A stretch of DNA of 64,000 bases from Octopus sinensis (Eukaryota), in NCBI RefSeq assembly GCF_006345805.1, contig NC_043007.1, positions 70,432,001 through 70,496,000 on the forward strand, in the 5' to 3' direction. Within the stretch, counting starts at the first letter, position 1. Every line of letters begins with the position of its first letter. Below are positions 1-12,909 of the stretch, in pieces. Below the pieces are notes generated by a model. The model had not been told where the DNA came from. It did not search any database and saw only the letters and a program-made list of their open reading frames with translations. The position numbers were made by a program, and so were the translations under genes.

Positions 1-2143
1 AGTAAATTATTCTTCCAACTCCATTCAAGTTTATCTCAAGAGAAACAGAAATAATTTGAGTTACCAACAACAAAGGCAGAACTGCACAACTAGTTTTTAT
101 TTTCTTCTCTTAAAATGCACCTATTGTTTATAGCCTTCAAAATTTGGTTAAAAAAAAAAAAAAAAAAAAAAAATCAAACTCAATTTGAAGCCCCAGAGTT
201 TTTAAGAAATTGTTGTTTCCAGAAAGTTTTCACAACAGTTTGAATTCCTAAACAATAATTTGGAGTAAAAATGAAATAAAACTAATTCAAAGATATGACA
301 TATTGATTTCTTGTCAATGAGGAATTAATGCAACTCAATAAACCCCAGTATATAACAGGTACCTGTTTTATTGCCCCATGCCTTCGACTCAAAGTGATGA
401 CAAGCAAAGTCAACCCGAGTGGAATTTAAACTATATTGGGCTAACACTAAATATGGCAAAGAATTAGTCCGGTGGACACCATTCCAGATGAGAGTACATC
501 TAAACTGTAAGAGAGAATTTCTCCTTTACTTCAAATCTCACTTCAAAATTACAAGATTCCTAAAAGGAAATAAATTCTACTTTAGAAGATCTCAAGCCTG
601 TATTTCCAAACAAACCATTCTATGAAGGAAGTGGGAAAGGGGCAGATGATTTACATAATTCTACTGATTGAGAGGCAAATAGTTTAGTTAAAACAAAACA
701 AAACAAACAGTATGTCTTCTGTTTTTAAATATTACACAAAATTCTTAACACAAAAGTATTAATGCAGAACAAGTTGTAATAATTGTGGTTAACGCAAACA
801 ATAGACAACATCAACTATAAAAAGTCTGAAAAGTTCCATTAAACTAAACATACTTGTGGATTGTTGCAGATTTTATTTTGGAGTTTTATGCAAGCAATTT
901 TATAGTACAAAGTAACAACACCAGTCTTGTCTTCACATGATTTATATTGAAATAATTATAAAGATTTTAAGTGAGGAAGGCACATATTTAGAAAATGAGT
1001 TGGATTGTTTTACCTACAATAAGTCTTGAATAAGTTTATCATATTTCATATGGCGAACGAATTAAATAAGGAATTGATTTGACATACAACAATACCAGGC
1101 CGGTGGGCCGTGAAGAGTATGGTATTGCTGTTGACAAGCTAGTAAGATGTAATAACAGCCATAGGTATATAGTATCATTAATACCTTCACCACCAACAAA
1201 CTTTCAACAAGGAAATTTAACAAGAGAGATATTCAACTGTTATTTCAATGTGTCAAATATATGTATAACATTTAAACATTTTATGTAAATAAACAAGTCC
1301 CTGAAATTAACATCTAACAGTAGATCTAACAGAATAACAAGCAACATTTTGCTTCATTCTCTACACAAACACAGAAGTCAACATTCTTGGCTTAAGCAGA
1401 AATTCAGTGTTTGTCTTTTTTTTGTTTTGTTCTGTTACAACAATAAAATATTAATTTAGATAAGTCAAGATAATTATTCCAAATATGTACATATCTTCAT
1501 CGTTAAAATTGTAATTAATTTAAATATTATTCCTTATAAAAGATAGACTTATTGCGTAGTTTGTCATTAAACCCAAACAAATATTTATTATTTATTAAAT
1601 CTGTAATTTTAACCTCTTTCACAAAGTTAATATATTCTCTTAAGTCTAAAGAAAAATTTCAAATTTATTGAGAAAATATCAAGAAGACTTTTAAATAAGT
1701 GAATTTTTTTTATTTTTTTCAGCATTGTATCTCTTAATCAAGAAACATGTTGATTTGCTTTCAAACAATTTACCAAATACAATTAATTGTTTAACTAATC
1801 TACAAATTCGTATATCTGTGCCAGTATTGCTATCATTGTGGTTGCTGTTATTATCCTGAAATAATTGCAATGAGTTTTCCACCAGGAGGTTTTTTGGTAT
1901 TGGTAACTCATTGTGTCGACATTGCCAGTAGTTCAAAGGCACCAGTAACATTTTTTCAAATGAATCAATGAATTGTTGAAATAGAAAGTTAAAATTCTTG
2001 TAGTAGGAGTCTAAATAGTTTTGGTATTTTGCAGTTATGGCAGCAAGTTTACATTAAAATTTAGATCAAAGAAAATATAAAAAAAATAATAAGTAGAAGA
2101 CAATTTGTGCTGAAGGTGGTTGGAAGAGTTCAGGCCATGAATA
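1..2143 (-). other. Probable 3' UTR and downstream region of the cofilin gene
   Basis: Directly follows the stop codon; TE-poor and U-rich on the minus strand; several AATAAA candidates, so the true end is not determinable. Confidence 0.55.
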
Positions 2144-2306
2144 TCATTGTGATTTGTCACGACACTTCTCTAAAACAACTGTCTGTTCCAATTCAGAATC
2201 ATCTGTTGCTTGAATTTCAACACCAACTCCCTGAAGTTTTGACTTGAGACAAGCCTTACTGCTTGTATATATCATTTTCTGTTTTATTGTAGCACACTCT
2301 GGACTC
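2144..2306 (-). CDS. CFL: ADF/cofilin, last coding exon ((W)SPECATIKQKMIYTSSKACLKSKLQGVGVEIQATDDSELEQTVVLEKCRDKSQ*)
   Basis: Acceptor tttttttag| at 2307-2308; TGA stop at 2144-2146. WSP..A..KQKMIYxSSK..LK.KL.G...EIQATD is the ADF-H actin-binding helix. Confidence 0.96.
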
Positions 2307-3186
2307 CTAAAAAAAAAAGGAAAAAAAAAAAAAAAAGAAAAACAAAAGTTTACGTTTAAAAGAAGCCAAATAGCACAAAAGATTAACCGCTAGGGTCTTT
2401 ATTAAAATTTGGAAAAAAATGTACCATTAGTAGTTTGTAGCACAACATAGAACTGTGATTAACCTTTTGAATAATAAAGGCTGAACTATTGATTGTTGCT
2501 CTAAGTAGCCGAATTTATACATAAATTACTCAGCGACCTTCTGGCCAATCACAGGCTACATGTAACATGAGAAATATTTCTGTGTATTTGCATGAATAGA
2601 CAGATTTTTGTGAATCTAAATCACCAGGAATGGCCTAGAGAAAGCTATTAACTGATCAGCAAACAGCTGAAATATTAAGTTCTGGAGAGGAGAACAAACA
2701 GGTGATAACTATAGTGGAAATCAGTGATTCTCTATGTGAAAATGATTGTGAAGTGAGAGATAATGATAAGAACATGTATAATAGTGCAGACAGAATCATG
2801 AAATTGGGTGACGTTTAGTAAAACTCAATAAATGCCCAGTTCTACTTAGGTGGGAGGTGGGGAATGCTGGAGTTTAGGGAGGGAAATTTGGCCCAGGAAT
2901 TCAGTATAAAGAGTGTGAAATGTTCAGGAGCTTATAAGACCAGTGCTTACAACTAATATCCATTCTGAATTTCTGTCTTTCCTACTTTACCAAATAGATT
3001 TACAAGAAATACTTTAGTCTCAAGAGATCAATAATACTTTTTTCTTTGCTGACACAGGTTAAAAGAAAAAAAAAAATGTTCCTGTTACTTTAAGATTTGG
3101 ACTTAAATGTGCTTTCAACGCGGAAATAAGGGGCTAAACTTTATTCCAGCAACTACAAGTCCCAAACACCAACTATATTAAGTTTT

Positions 3187-3330
3187 CATCATCATCATCA
3201 TTCCATGCTAGCATGGGTTGGACGGTTCAACTGGGGTCTGGGGAGCCCGAAGGCTGCACCAGGCCAGTCAGATCTGGCAGTGTTTCTACAGCTGGATGCC
3301 CTTCCTAACGCCAACCACTCCGAGAGTGTA
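3187..3330 (-). mobile_element. 5'-truncated RTE 3'-end retroposon with (GAT)n tail
   Basis: Matches the 3' UTR of the RTE copy at 33600-33850; flanked by an exact 16-bp target-site duplication aactatattaagtttt (3171-3186 and 3331-3346). Confidence 0.9.
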
Positions 3331-3809
3331 AACTATATTAAGTTTTCTCTTTAAAAATTTAAACTTCCTAGTGTGCTGCATATTTCTATTAGAACTATTA
3401 ATTTAATATTGTTAAGATCTAAAGACAGTTTACTTGATGTTATCGCCTCCAGCACTGCAATCAATGTGAATTCAATAGTAAAATGCTATTTATGTCAGGG
3501 TGTAAATAGTAGAGCAGCAACTCCAGTTGAAAAAAAAATGAAATACTTTACACTTTTGACATTTTATAGAATGGGAAAACAAATTTGAAAAACTTTTGAT
3601 AATGGTAACTTTGTGTGTTTATGTCACTGCAGTTTTCCTTGACATATACACATTGTTACTTTAGAGATTTTATCAGGAAGATTTTCCATACATGGTTAAA
3701 ATTCAATAAAGACTAAAGAACAAAAAGCAGTGTAATTAGTCTATATTTTACATCAGATAGGAAATACTGTCTTTATATCAGCTACACATAAATGACAATG
3801 TAAATCCAA

Positions 3810-4092
3810 TGCCAGCGCCGCCTCGCCTGGCTTCCGTGCCGGTGGCACGTAAAATACACCAATCCGACCGTGGCCGTTGCCAGCCTCGCCTGGCACCTGT
3901 GCAGGTGGCACGTAAAAAGCACCCACTACACTCACGGAGTGGTTGGCGTTAGGAAGGGCATCCAGCTGTAGAAACATTGCCAGATAAGACTGGAGCCTGG
4001 TGCAGCCTTCTGGCTTCCCAGATCCCCGGTTGAACCGTCCAACCCATGCTAGCATGGAGAACGGACGTTAAACGATGATGATGGTGATGATA
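3810..4092 (+). mobile_element. RTE 3'-UTR-derived retroposon
   Basis: gtaaaaagcacccactacactc...catgctagcatgg...gttaaacgatgatgatg; inverted relative to 3187-3330. Confidence 0.85.
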
Positions 4093-5481
4093 ATGGGTAC
4101 GAATACAGAAAATTACTTCACACATACACATCCCCTAAGCAACTCACTTCTGCACCCTTACTACTCAATCTTTCTCATCACCTACGTACCTACCTAGCTA
4201 CCTGCCTGCTTATCTATCTATAAGCACACTGGCATGGTTACATAGTTAAGAAGTTTGCTTCCCAACCACATGGTTTCTGCTTTGGTCCTAGTATCTAAGA
4301 TAGACTGAAGCTCAGAAATGATGAAACTTGGTGCATGCACATGTATGTGTGTGTTCATGTAAATATATATATATCATCAATGATGATGAACTCTTTGATA
4401 ATGAATTTGATTCGTTCCATAACCTTGTTCGTTACCCTGTCAAATAAAATATATTTAGGGTCAGTAGCCAGAATACTCTTTAAAGTTGTTGGCATTAGGA
4501 ATGGTATCCAGCTTGCCAATTCCTGTCAAACCAGCCAACCCATTTAATGGATGTTCAATGATGATGATAATGAAAACAGAAATTATAAATAAAAATCTGT
4601 AATATACAATCGAGTAATGATAAACTACAAGAATAAGTTTTCAAAGTTAAAAAATTGAATAAATATAAAATTCCAGATTATTTTTAAAATCTGTTATGGA
4701 GTTAGAAAAGCTAACAGATGTTATGATAACCATTTTATAAAACAAATAAATCTGTAAAATAAGAAAAAACAAAATTACAATTTCACCAACCATTGAAATT
4801 AAACTGCCTTCAGTTTTGATCTGAGATTTGTGAACGAAGGGAAGTAATTCAACCTGACTTTCACACAACCCATACAACTATCCTAAATTTATTGAAAGAA
4901 AAATCACAATATTTTGGCTGCATTTGGCAGATTGTTATTCCAAAGTGAAAGACAGTAATGTATTTGTAAAGAAATAAGAATAGTGTTTTCTTGGAAATGT
5001 TTTAGAACAAACTACTTTAGAACTAACAAAGAAAAATGGGTCATTTTAAAATCTCTTATCGAAAAAAAAAAACAGCAAAAGCAGAAGGTTCTTGGGTAAT
5101 TTTTAACAAGAAAGTATCCAACTAGCTTGCCATAGTATATTCTTGACAGACTAAATATACTGCAACACTTTCAGAAGAATCGTTAACACATTTCTCAGAA
5201 ACAATGATATGTCCTCACAGTGTCTATGAGCGCAACAGATAAAATACCTTTTACGGCTTTTCTCCTGATATGGTTCCCCCAACTTTTTTTTGGATCTCCT
5301 TCCCCACACTTCAGTCTTTATTGTGAGGATTCGTATTATTCCCTCCTAGGATAGCATCTCCTCCTTCAGGTTGTCACTCAAGTTTTCTCTCTTTCGCAAC
5401 TAAATAATTTACATCCTCTGTCATGCAACTTAGAACCCCATAAGTTCCATCTCAAAACATTTCAAATTCCATTGAAGAGAC

Positions 5482-6261
5482 ATTAGGTCACAGTCCTTTC
5501 CAAGAAGAGTCCAAACACCCAAAAGAAAATTCTCATTATTAAACATACAGATGGATGATGGTTCACTTGCACTAGATGAGGCTGCAAAGAGAGAAGTTTG
5601 GAGATGCCACTATGAGAGGTTGCTGAATAAAGAAAATGAATGGGAGAAAGAGAGTCTGCCGAATTTCGACCCAACAGAGGGACCTGCTATCTGAGTTGAG
5701 AGTACCTTGGTAGATAAAGCAATTAAGAGTATGAAGACAGGGAAAGCCCCTGGCCCATCAGGAATCACTGCAGAGATGCTCAAAATATCTGACAGTGTCG
5801 GCTATAGCCTAGTCACCCGTATAGTTAACCAGGTGATACACGAAGGAGTCATACCCAATGACTGGTGTAAGCAGCAGTATAGTCAACTGCTACATAGGAA
5901 AAAAGGTGACGCTTTAGACACAAATAATTACAGAGGTATCAAGTTGTTAGATCAGGTAATGAAGGTCACGGAGAGGGTCATCATCATCATTTAGCGTCCG
6001 TTTTCCATGCTAGCATGAGCCCAACTAATTAGGGAGAGAGTCAGTTTAGATGAGATACAGTTTGGGTTCATGCCAGGGAAAAGCACCACTGATGCTATAT
6101 TACTGGTAAGACAGCTGCAGGTGAAATACCTGGTCAAAGATAAACCTCTGTACCTGGCTTTTCTTGACATGGAGAAAGCCTTATCTGGTGGTCAATAAGG
6201 AAACTAGGGATAGATGAATGGCTAGTGAGAGCTGTGCAGGTCATGTACAGGGACGCTGTCA
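5482..6261 (+). mobile_element. RTE-clade LINE fragment (reverse transcriptase region), decayed
   Basis: KAPGPSGITAEMLK, NYRGIKLLDQVMKVTERV and QFGFMPGKSTTDAI motifs, with stops and frameshifts. Confidence 0.9.
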
Positions 6262-7268
6262 GGTAAAAGTGGGCTGGTTACACCCTTGGCATAGGCCACA
6301 AGATTATGGTATCATTTGGCTTGCTGGGTCTTCTCAAGCACAGCATATTTCCAAAAGTCTCGGTCACTAGTCATTGCCTCGGTGAGGCCTAATGTTCAAA
6401 GGTCGTGCTTCACAACTTCATCCCAGGTCTTCCCGGGTCTATCTCTTCCACAGGTTCCCTCAACTGCTAAGGTGTGACACTTTTTCACACAGCTATCCTG
6501 ATCCTCCTTGCGAGCTTATGCATGACCTCAGCAGTCATGGCCTATGTTTCACTGCCATGTAGCATGGCTGTTCGCACACATGCATCATACAGTCTACCTT
6601 TTACTCTGAGTGAGAGGCCCTTTGTCACCAGCAGAGGTAAGATCTCTCTGAACTTTGTCCAGGCTATTCTTTTTCTAGCAGCTACACTTTCAGCGCACCT
6701 TCCCCCGCTACTGACTTGGTCACCTAGGTAATGGAAGCTATCAACTACTTCTAGTTTTTCTCCCTGGAAAGTGACAGAAGTTGGTCTCTGCACATTTTCA
6801 GTGTTTATTGCTCCTGAGCATCTGCCACAGACAAAAACTATTTTCCTAGTTAGCCTTCCTTTGACATTGCTACACCTCTTATGTGTCCATAGTTTACACT
6901 GGGTACATCTTATAGAGTTTCTACTTGCGCCTTTTCTACAGATCGAGCAGGGCCATCTACCTGAAGGGATTTGTGATTTGCCTGCCTTCCTACTTATTAG
7001 GACTTTGGTTTTAGCTAGGTTGACTCTAAGGCCCTTCGATTCTAATCCTTGTTTCTACATCTGAAACTTCTCCAGTTCTGATAGTGACTCAGCAATTAGA
7101 GCAAGGTCATCAGCATAGAAGAGCTCCCTGGGCATCCTGTCTTGAATTCCTCTGTTATTGCCTGGAGGACTATGATAAATAGGAGGGGACTGAGGACTGA
7201 ACCTTGGTGGACCCCAACCTCTACCTGGAATTCTTCACTGTACTCGTTGCCAACCCTCACCTTACTAG
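6262..7268 (-). mobile_element. RTE-clade LINE 3' half, inverted relative to its 5' half
   Basis: GVHQGSVLSPLLFIIVL, YADDLALI, DSFHYLG and LYDACVRTAMLHGSET motifs. Continues the sequence from the point where the plus-strand part stops. Confidence 0.9.
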
Positions 7269-7639
7269 CAATAATAATAAAAACCTGCATCTTGGTGAAT
7301 TTAAAGGTAGATGCAATAAAAAACATCTTCAAAGAGTGGAACAGAATTTAAAACTTCGAAACCATTCCTGCAGTAATGTACTAAATGATTAACAGATATT
7401 TTTAACATTCTCCTCCAAATCACAAACAGACACAAGTCAATCAAAATACAGTTTATTCTTTAAGGAATACTAATTTGAGTTGGGAAGGTGTTTAACATTA
7501 GTATAGAGTGTATGATGATGTATGCAGAAGTTAAAGAAATGTTTGTTGTTGTTACCTGTGTGGAGTGTTATATAGCTGTTAAACGTGTAAAGAGTATGAA
7601 GTTCAGATAGCAATAATATGATGATAATTCATTGAACAT

Positions 7640-7985
7640 AAAGCACATAACTCTGTGGTTAGAGCGTTGGCTCACAATTATGAGGTATTGATTTCAATTC
7701 CCGGACTGGGATTTGTTGTGTTCTTGAGCAAGACACTTTATTTCACGTTGCTCCAGTTCACTCAGCTGTAGAAATTAGTTGCAACGTCACTAGTGCCAAG
7801 CTTGATCGGCATTTGCCTTTCCCTTGGATAACATCGGTGGTATGGAGAAAGGAGGCTGGTATGCATGGGCATCTGTTGGTCTTCCATAAACAACCTCGCC
7901 TGAACTTGTGCCTGGGAGGGTAACTTTCTAGGTGCAATTCCATGGTAATTCATGATCAAAGGGGGTCTTTACCCTTTACCTTTCT
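7640..7985 (+). mobile_element. tRNA-derived SINE (third family in the window)
   Basis: A/B-box-like head (tgtggttagagcg...atttcaattcc), ttgagcaagacacttt core and (taccctt)n-like tail. Confidence 0.65.
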
Positions 7986-8301
7986 TTTACAGAAAGTATA
8001 GATTCCCTCCTACCTGTTAGGAGGCACAAGCATTTCCACACACATGATGGGAACTTCTGCCAACCAAATTCAATTATGGGGCTTCTGTTGGCTCAAGACT
8101 GTAGCAGAAGACACTTGTCCAAGGTGTTACGCAGTGGGACTGAACCCAAAACCATGTGGTTGAGAAGCAAACTGCCTACCCACACAGTCATGCTTGTGTC
8201 TAGATTGTCCTGGTGAATTACAATAAGGGATTAGCACTTATGGGAAAACATTTTGATAAATCCCAGATATATAACTGTAGACAAAAAAAATTTTAACTTA
8301 C

Positions 8302-8431
8302 CATAAAAAGAAGGCCAACTTTTGTCTACACATATCATTATGTTTGTATTCCATATCAAAAACTCCATAACGACACTGATGGTTTCCAGCAGCACATTGA
8401 AGTTTCTCGACAAAATCTTGGTACGTTTTAT
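8302..8431 (-). CDS. CFL: ADF/cofilin, middle coding exon ((D)KTYQDFVEKLQCAAGNHQCRYGVFDMEYKHNDMCRQKLAFFL(W); phase 1 to 2)
   Basis: 130 nt, with the CRYxxFD ADF-H motif. Donor |gtaagt; acceptor ttttattttctgaag| (AAG type). Phases fit both neighbouring exons. Confidence 0.95.
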
Positions 8432-8884
8432 CTTCAGAAAATAAAATAAAATGGAAAACAACTGGTGAAAAGACATTTCAGATAATCTGGACAGAAGAAA
8501 TATAAAAGCTGAACATTCTACTATATCTAAACTCTGAGTTTCCTAAAAGTTATAACGACACACTATCGTTAATAGATCATCGAGAAAAAAAAGAAAAAAA
8601 GGTAATCTTAATATTATGGAATAATCAACAAGTTCCAAGTTTGATACCAACATACCAACATGAACAATTACTCACTGATGTATTTTAGAGAAATTTTTAG
8701 AAATCTCATTCTTAGGATATAATTCCATTAAAATGAAAATTAAGACTTAGTATTTAAGAATTCCAGTTCCATTGTTGATGGGGAGACCATTTAAAGATCA
8801 ATAAAACAAGATAATCAAATTACAAAAACTGATCACATTGAGAAATCCATAGAAGGAAGGGTGAAGTGGAATCAGCAAAGACAT

Positions 8885-9165
8885 CGTCATCATTGTTTAA
8901 CATCTGCTTTCCATGCTGGCATGGGTTGGATGGTTTGTCCCAGGACTGGCAAGCCAGGCAGCTACACCAGGCTCCAATCTAATCAGACAAGGTTTCTACA
9001 GCTGGATGCCTTTCTTAACACCAAACACTCAGAGAATGTAGTGGGTGCTTTTTATGTGCTACCAGGACGGGGTCCAGTCAGGTGGCATTGGAAATGACCA
9101 CACTCAAATGGTGCTTTTCACATGCCACTGGTACAGGAGCCAGTCAGACAGCAATGGCATCAAAT
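8885..9165 (-). mobile_element. RTE 3'-UTR-derived retroposon, diverged
   Basis: (cat)n tail followed by ccatgctggcatgggttggatgg...gtagtgggtgctttttatgtg. Confidence 0.8.
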
Positions 9166-9393
9166 AAATAATTTAATGTTTATTTGATAAATAATATTTC
9201 TATGAGAACAAAAGTTGGATCTGTTCCACCAGCAATTGTGAAGAACATTTTGCACCAATATATGGAATTATTATACTCTAATAAACAAAAATACTAATAA
9301 AATACATTTACCAGTTATGAAAGCATCACCTTCTATAAAATTTATTTTATTTTTAATATCTTAAATCCAAGAATTAATGAAATTTATTCATCA

Positions 9394-9470
9394 ATGCTAC
9401 AATGTTTCATATTAAAGTTTACATCAGAAAACATCTGATTCGGAAGATTTAATCATCAACATTGTAGAAA
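9394..9470 (-). ncRNA. Structured intronic element copy 1 (box C/D snoRNA-like, K-turn-type hairpin)
   Basis: Minus strand: ctacaatgt-TGATGA-ttaaatcttccgaat-CAGA-tgtttt-cTGATGT-aaactttaat-ATGA-aacattgtag. 10-bp terminal stem; core shared with two other copies. Confidence 0.45.
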
Positions 9471-9599
9471 CATTTGTTCATTAAACCATAACAGCATAAA
9501 ATAGTTACAATAACTAAGGGGTACTTATTAGTGTGTAGAAATATTACTATGCTTATTTGTTTGGTTATTTCTTAAATGTGGCATTCCTCTCCCAAAGTA

Positions 9600-10980
9600 G
9601 CTGTTACAACTTGAGGGAGGGAGATTTGCCCGCTATTTCCATCAGGTAAGTAAGCCGCTGACAATATAAAAACATTTCTCACGGCATCAGCAGACAAAAT
9701 GCCCTAGAGGAAAGTGAGGAAGATGGGCTGGAACAGCCACTCTGACTTGTGGGGCTCATTTGCAGGTAGCAATTTCGAGCCCAATAGCGGTCCAGAAGCC
9801 AAGAATGCCGGAGGTCTCAACTGCCACAGGCATGGCCATAAACCTGTGGAAGAGTGACTGATACCTTGACAGTTTGCTTTTCTCAGCCAAATGAACAGTG
9901 GCACCTGCAATAGTAGCTGACAACACCAAGTTGCCACTGGCAGTAGTTTCGACATCCTCGATAAGGGGCCTACTGCCAGGGAATGGAAAAATGTCATACC
10001 ATCTGGCCTTTTATTGTCCTGCTGGTCTAGTCCCACTAGCTTGAGATGGAAAGGGAAGCCTGTGGCATCTAGGCCATGCTTTATAATCTTGTTAAAGGCA
10101 GCCAGAGCTCTTGTTAAGAGCGGAGTCTAGTGGCATGAGCAGCTCCCTCACACCTACTGTCTATGCCAGCATCCAGCTGTACTGGGCTGAGTTTCTCACC
10201 TGGTTTGAATGCAACACAGCTGCAGATGACTTTGGCTGTGAGTCTCCGAAAGACATTGCCCACAGCAATGGGGAGTATGCCCTTGCCCTTCTCGAGAGCA
10301 ATTAGTGAACTGAAAAGAAGAGGCCTCGGGGATTAGGGTCCAGGGTCCTGTAAATGCACTCAGCTTCAGCAGTGAGTGGTGACAGCAAGACTTTAAGGTG
10401 ACTGGATCAGAAACTGCCAACATCTCTGTCGCTACTGGCAGTTAAAGACCTCAGAGCAGAAAGAATGTCTTTCTCAAGGCCATACACAGCAACTGAAGGT
10501 CAGGTGATGGTATGAGTTTCAGATCTGCAGGTAGCTCAAGATGTTTGAGTCAGTGGGCAGTCAGGACCTCTTTGGTAAGATGGAGGACAGCGCTGTCAAA
10601 GGCAACTACTCTGACACTTACTAAGACATGGCCCTCGATGAGTTTGGCATAAACAGTCACATAGATACTTTGAGCTGGTGTCAGGGTTGGAGGTCTGCAG
10701 GATCGAGAATGGGCTGAGTACAACATGTTCAGATGCTAGATATAGGCATCAGCCCGAAGGACAAGATGTTAGTCCTGACTAGGGTTGTTGTTGACAGGCC
10801 ACCTTGATCAGTAGCAGTTTTGGGGAGATAAAGAGTCAGCAGAGCAAAATAAAATACTTGATCCCAATTGCATGGTTTGACCAGATTGTAGGGCTTTCTT
10901 GATTAAGGATGTGAGGGTACCAGCCACGAAAAACCTGGGCTGTTTTCTGGATCTTAAGAGCAATCTTCAGGAACCTACAT
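9600..10980 (-). mobile_element. Decayed non-LTR retrotransposon with a restriction-like endonuclease (CRE-like)
   Basis: Cys/His knuckle remnant followed by GLDQQDNKRPDGMTFF(PW), the RPDG..PW..G signature of RLE-type elements; many frameshifts. Confidence 0.65.
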
Positions 10981-12237
10981 TATCAGAAATCATTTACACT
11001 TAATTGTAAAGTAGTAACTTTTCTCAATGAACAAAGAGAGAAGTAAAAACTACATTAGTTAAAGACACAGCAGGTTCTTAAAAACAGTTGTTAATCTTAC
11101 ATATGTTGTTGCATATATTGCCTAAATTAATGCATTCACAACAACAACACACACAAACTTTCTGCACACATTCTGTTTAGAAAATACCACACATCCATAT
11201 TATACTGCACACCCCCCAAAAATTTACCTGAGTATATAAGATAAAGACTCAGGAAAACATCGAAAGAAGTATTGAAAAATAAGCTTCAGATGTTGAGCCC
11301 CACAGAGGTGATAACAAAGAACAAAGATGATTAACGATTTGCTCTGCTTGAGAAGACACTTTCCTTCTAAGTAAAATTGAAGCCTAAAAGGCATGTCGTT
11401 CATACCTATGTCTTGAAAACAATTTGTCCATGACAAATCTCTCCCTGGCACTACCTATCTTCCTAACACCCCTCCCATCCACTCATATTCACCACAGACT
11501 GCATTCCCCTCCCCTCTGTCTTCTCTCCTTTTGCACTCTTGTGAACTTACCTGCCCACTCAATCCCGTCTGTACCACATATATACCCTTCATTTAATTCC
11601 AAAGTATATCCTAACATTTTTATCACTTTCTCTCCTTTTCCACCTGGGTAGCCACGTATTGTTTCTACTGCAAGATGCCTGTTTCTGTCCTCCTGTTACG
11701 TTATCTTTTCATCACCTGGCACAAAACTCCCTATAAAACTACTCTCCACTCAGCTGAGGGGGTCTTGTCTTGCAAGTTACTTGGTGACCTTACTGTTGCC
11801 GGAGCCATGTAAAAAGCACCCAGTACACTCAGTAGAATGGTTGGTGTTACCAAAAGCATCCAGCCATAAAAACCATGTCAAATGTCAGATATGGTTATTC
11901 CCGTTGGTGAAGGAGAGGACTTAAAGAGAAAGAAAAACAAAAACACTACTTCTATTTGCAATGGATGCATGAATGTAATTTCAGCCCGCGTATGGATTTT
12001 GTTATGAAGTTACAGTGGAGGCATTGATGATTTTGAATTTGCCTGGGATCAGGCAAAGTGTGTCTTTGTAGTGGGATGTAGTTCTATTTACTGTTCTTTT
12101 CCTTCAACTCAAATTGTTTGAATACATCATGACGCATTTTATATAACCTTCCCAAGATGTACATATATATATGTACACAGACACATGTATACATATCAGA
12201 AGACATGTCTACATACACACACACATATATATATATA

Positions 12238-12618
12238 TCTCTCTATATAAACGGCAGTTTGTCTGTGCGTGTTTCTGTGTGTCTGTTTTCTTGTACCCTC
12301 ACCCTGACCACGGCTTTCAACCGATTCTGATGAAACTTGACACACACATACCCCAATGTCATAATTCAAAACTAACGCAGCGACAATTTTGAAAAGTTCC
12401 CCCAGTTCTGAAAAAAATCGATAAATTCGACATGGGGTCGAGAATCAGAAACACAAACCGCAAACTGTCTAGGGGACGCAACTCCACCATTTTTAACTAA
12501 AAAAAAAATTTACCATCATTTTTTCCCATCTTTTTGCTATTTTTTGGCTATAACTCTCTAAAAATGCTTTATAGTTATTTCCCTTACAAACCTGAGCAAC
12601 GCCGGGCGATACTGCTAG
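12238..12618 (+). mobile_element. Non-autonomous Helitron
   Basis: 5' TC (a|TCTCTCTATATAAA), subterminal hairpin (cctgagcaacgccggg), 3' CTAG|t; inserted between A and T. Confidence 0.85.
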
Positions 12619-12909
12619 TATATATATATATATATAAACATACAGACATATATATCTATAATGGTTGCCACATCTTGTCAGATAGCCAAATCAAGAGAGA
12701 CATCTGTACGTCATTGGATTTAAGTGACAACAGCTTGCACAACACTTTTGCCATTCTCTTGCTGGCAGTGACAAGCATTGCAAGATGACTGCTGTTATTT
12801 TGTCTGCAAGCTTTATGTTAGATAATCTGTCCCCTAAGAGAGGTGTTTCCCCAGGGCTTTACCAAAAAAAAAAAAAAGTCAAAACCTCTACTACTTCTGG
12901 GGATTATAT

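Noticed and set aside
1691-1951. 86-aa minus-strand ORF
   Set aside because: Lies downstream of the cofilin stop in the probable 3' UTR; no recognisable domain.
2460-2830. Possible piggyBac 5' remnant (TTAA-CCTTTT start, acidic ORF piece)
   Set aside because: No second terminus or catalytic motif found; too weak to annotate.
7283-7366. Exon-like segment ctgcag|GAATGG...ATGCAG|gttttt in cofilin intron 3
   Set aside because: Stops in all three frames and a weak donor.
9394-9470. Triplicated hairpin as a SECIS, pre-miRNA or H/ACA RNA
   Set aside because: Intronic, lacks the 5' AUGA and an uninterrupted helix II of a SECIS; the 8x6 loop is poor for Drosha; no H box, and the nearest ACA is 17 nt from the pocket.
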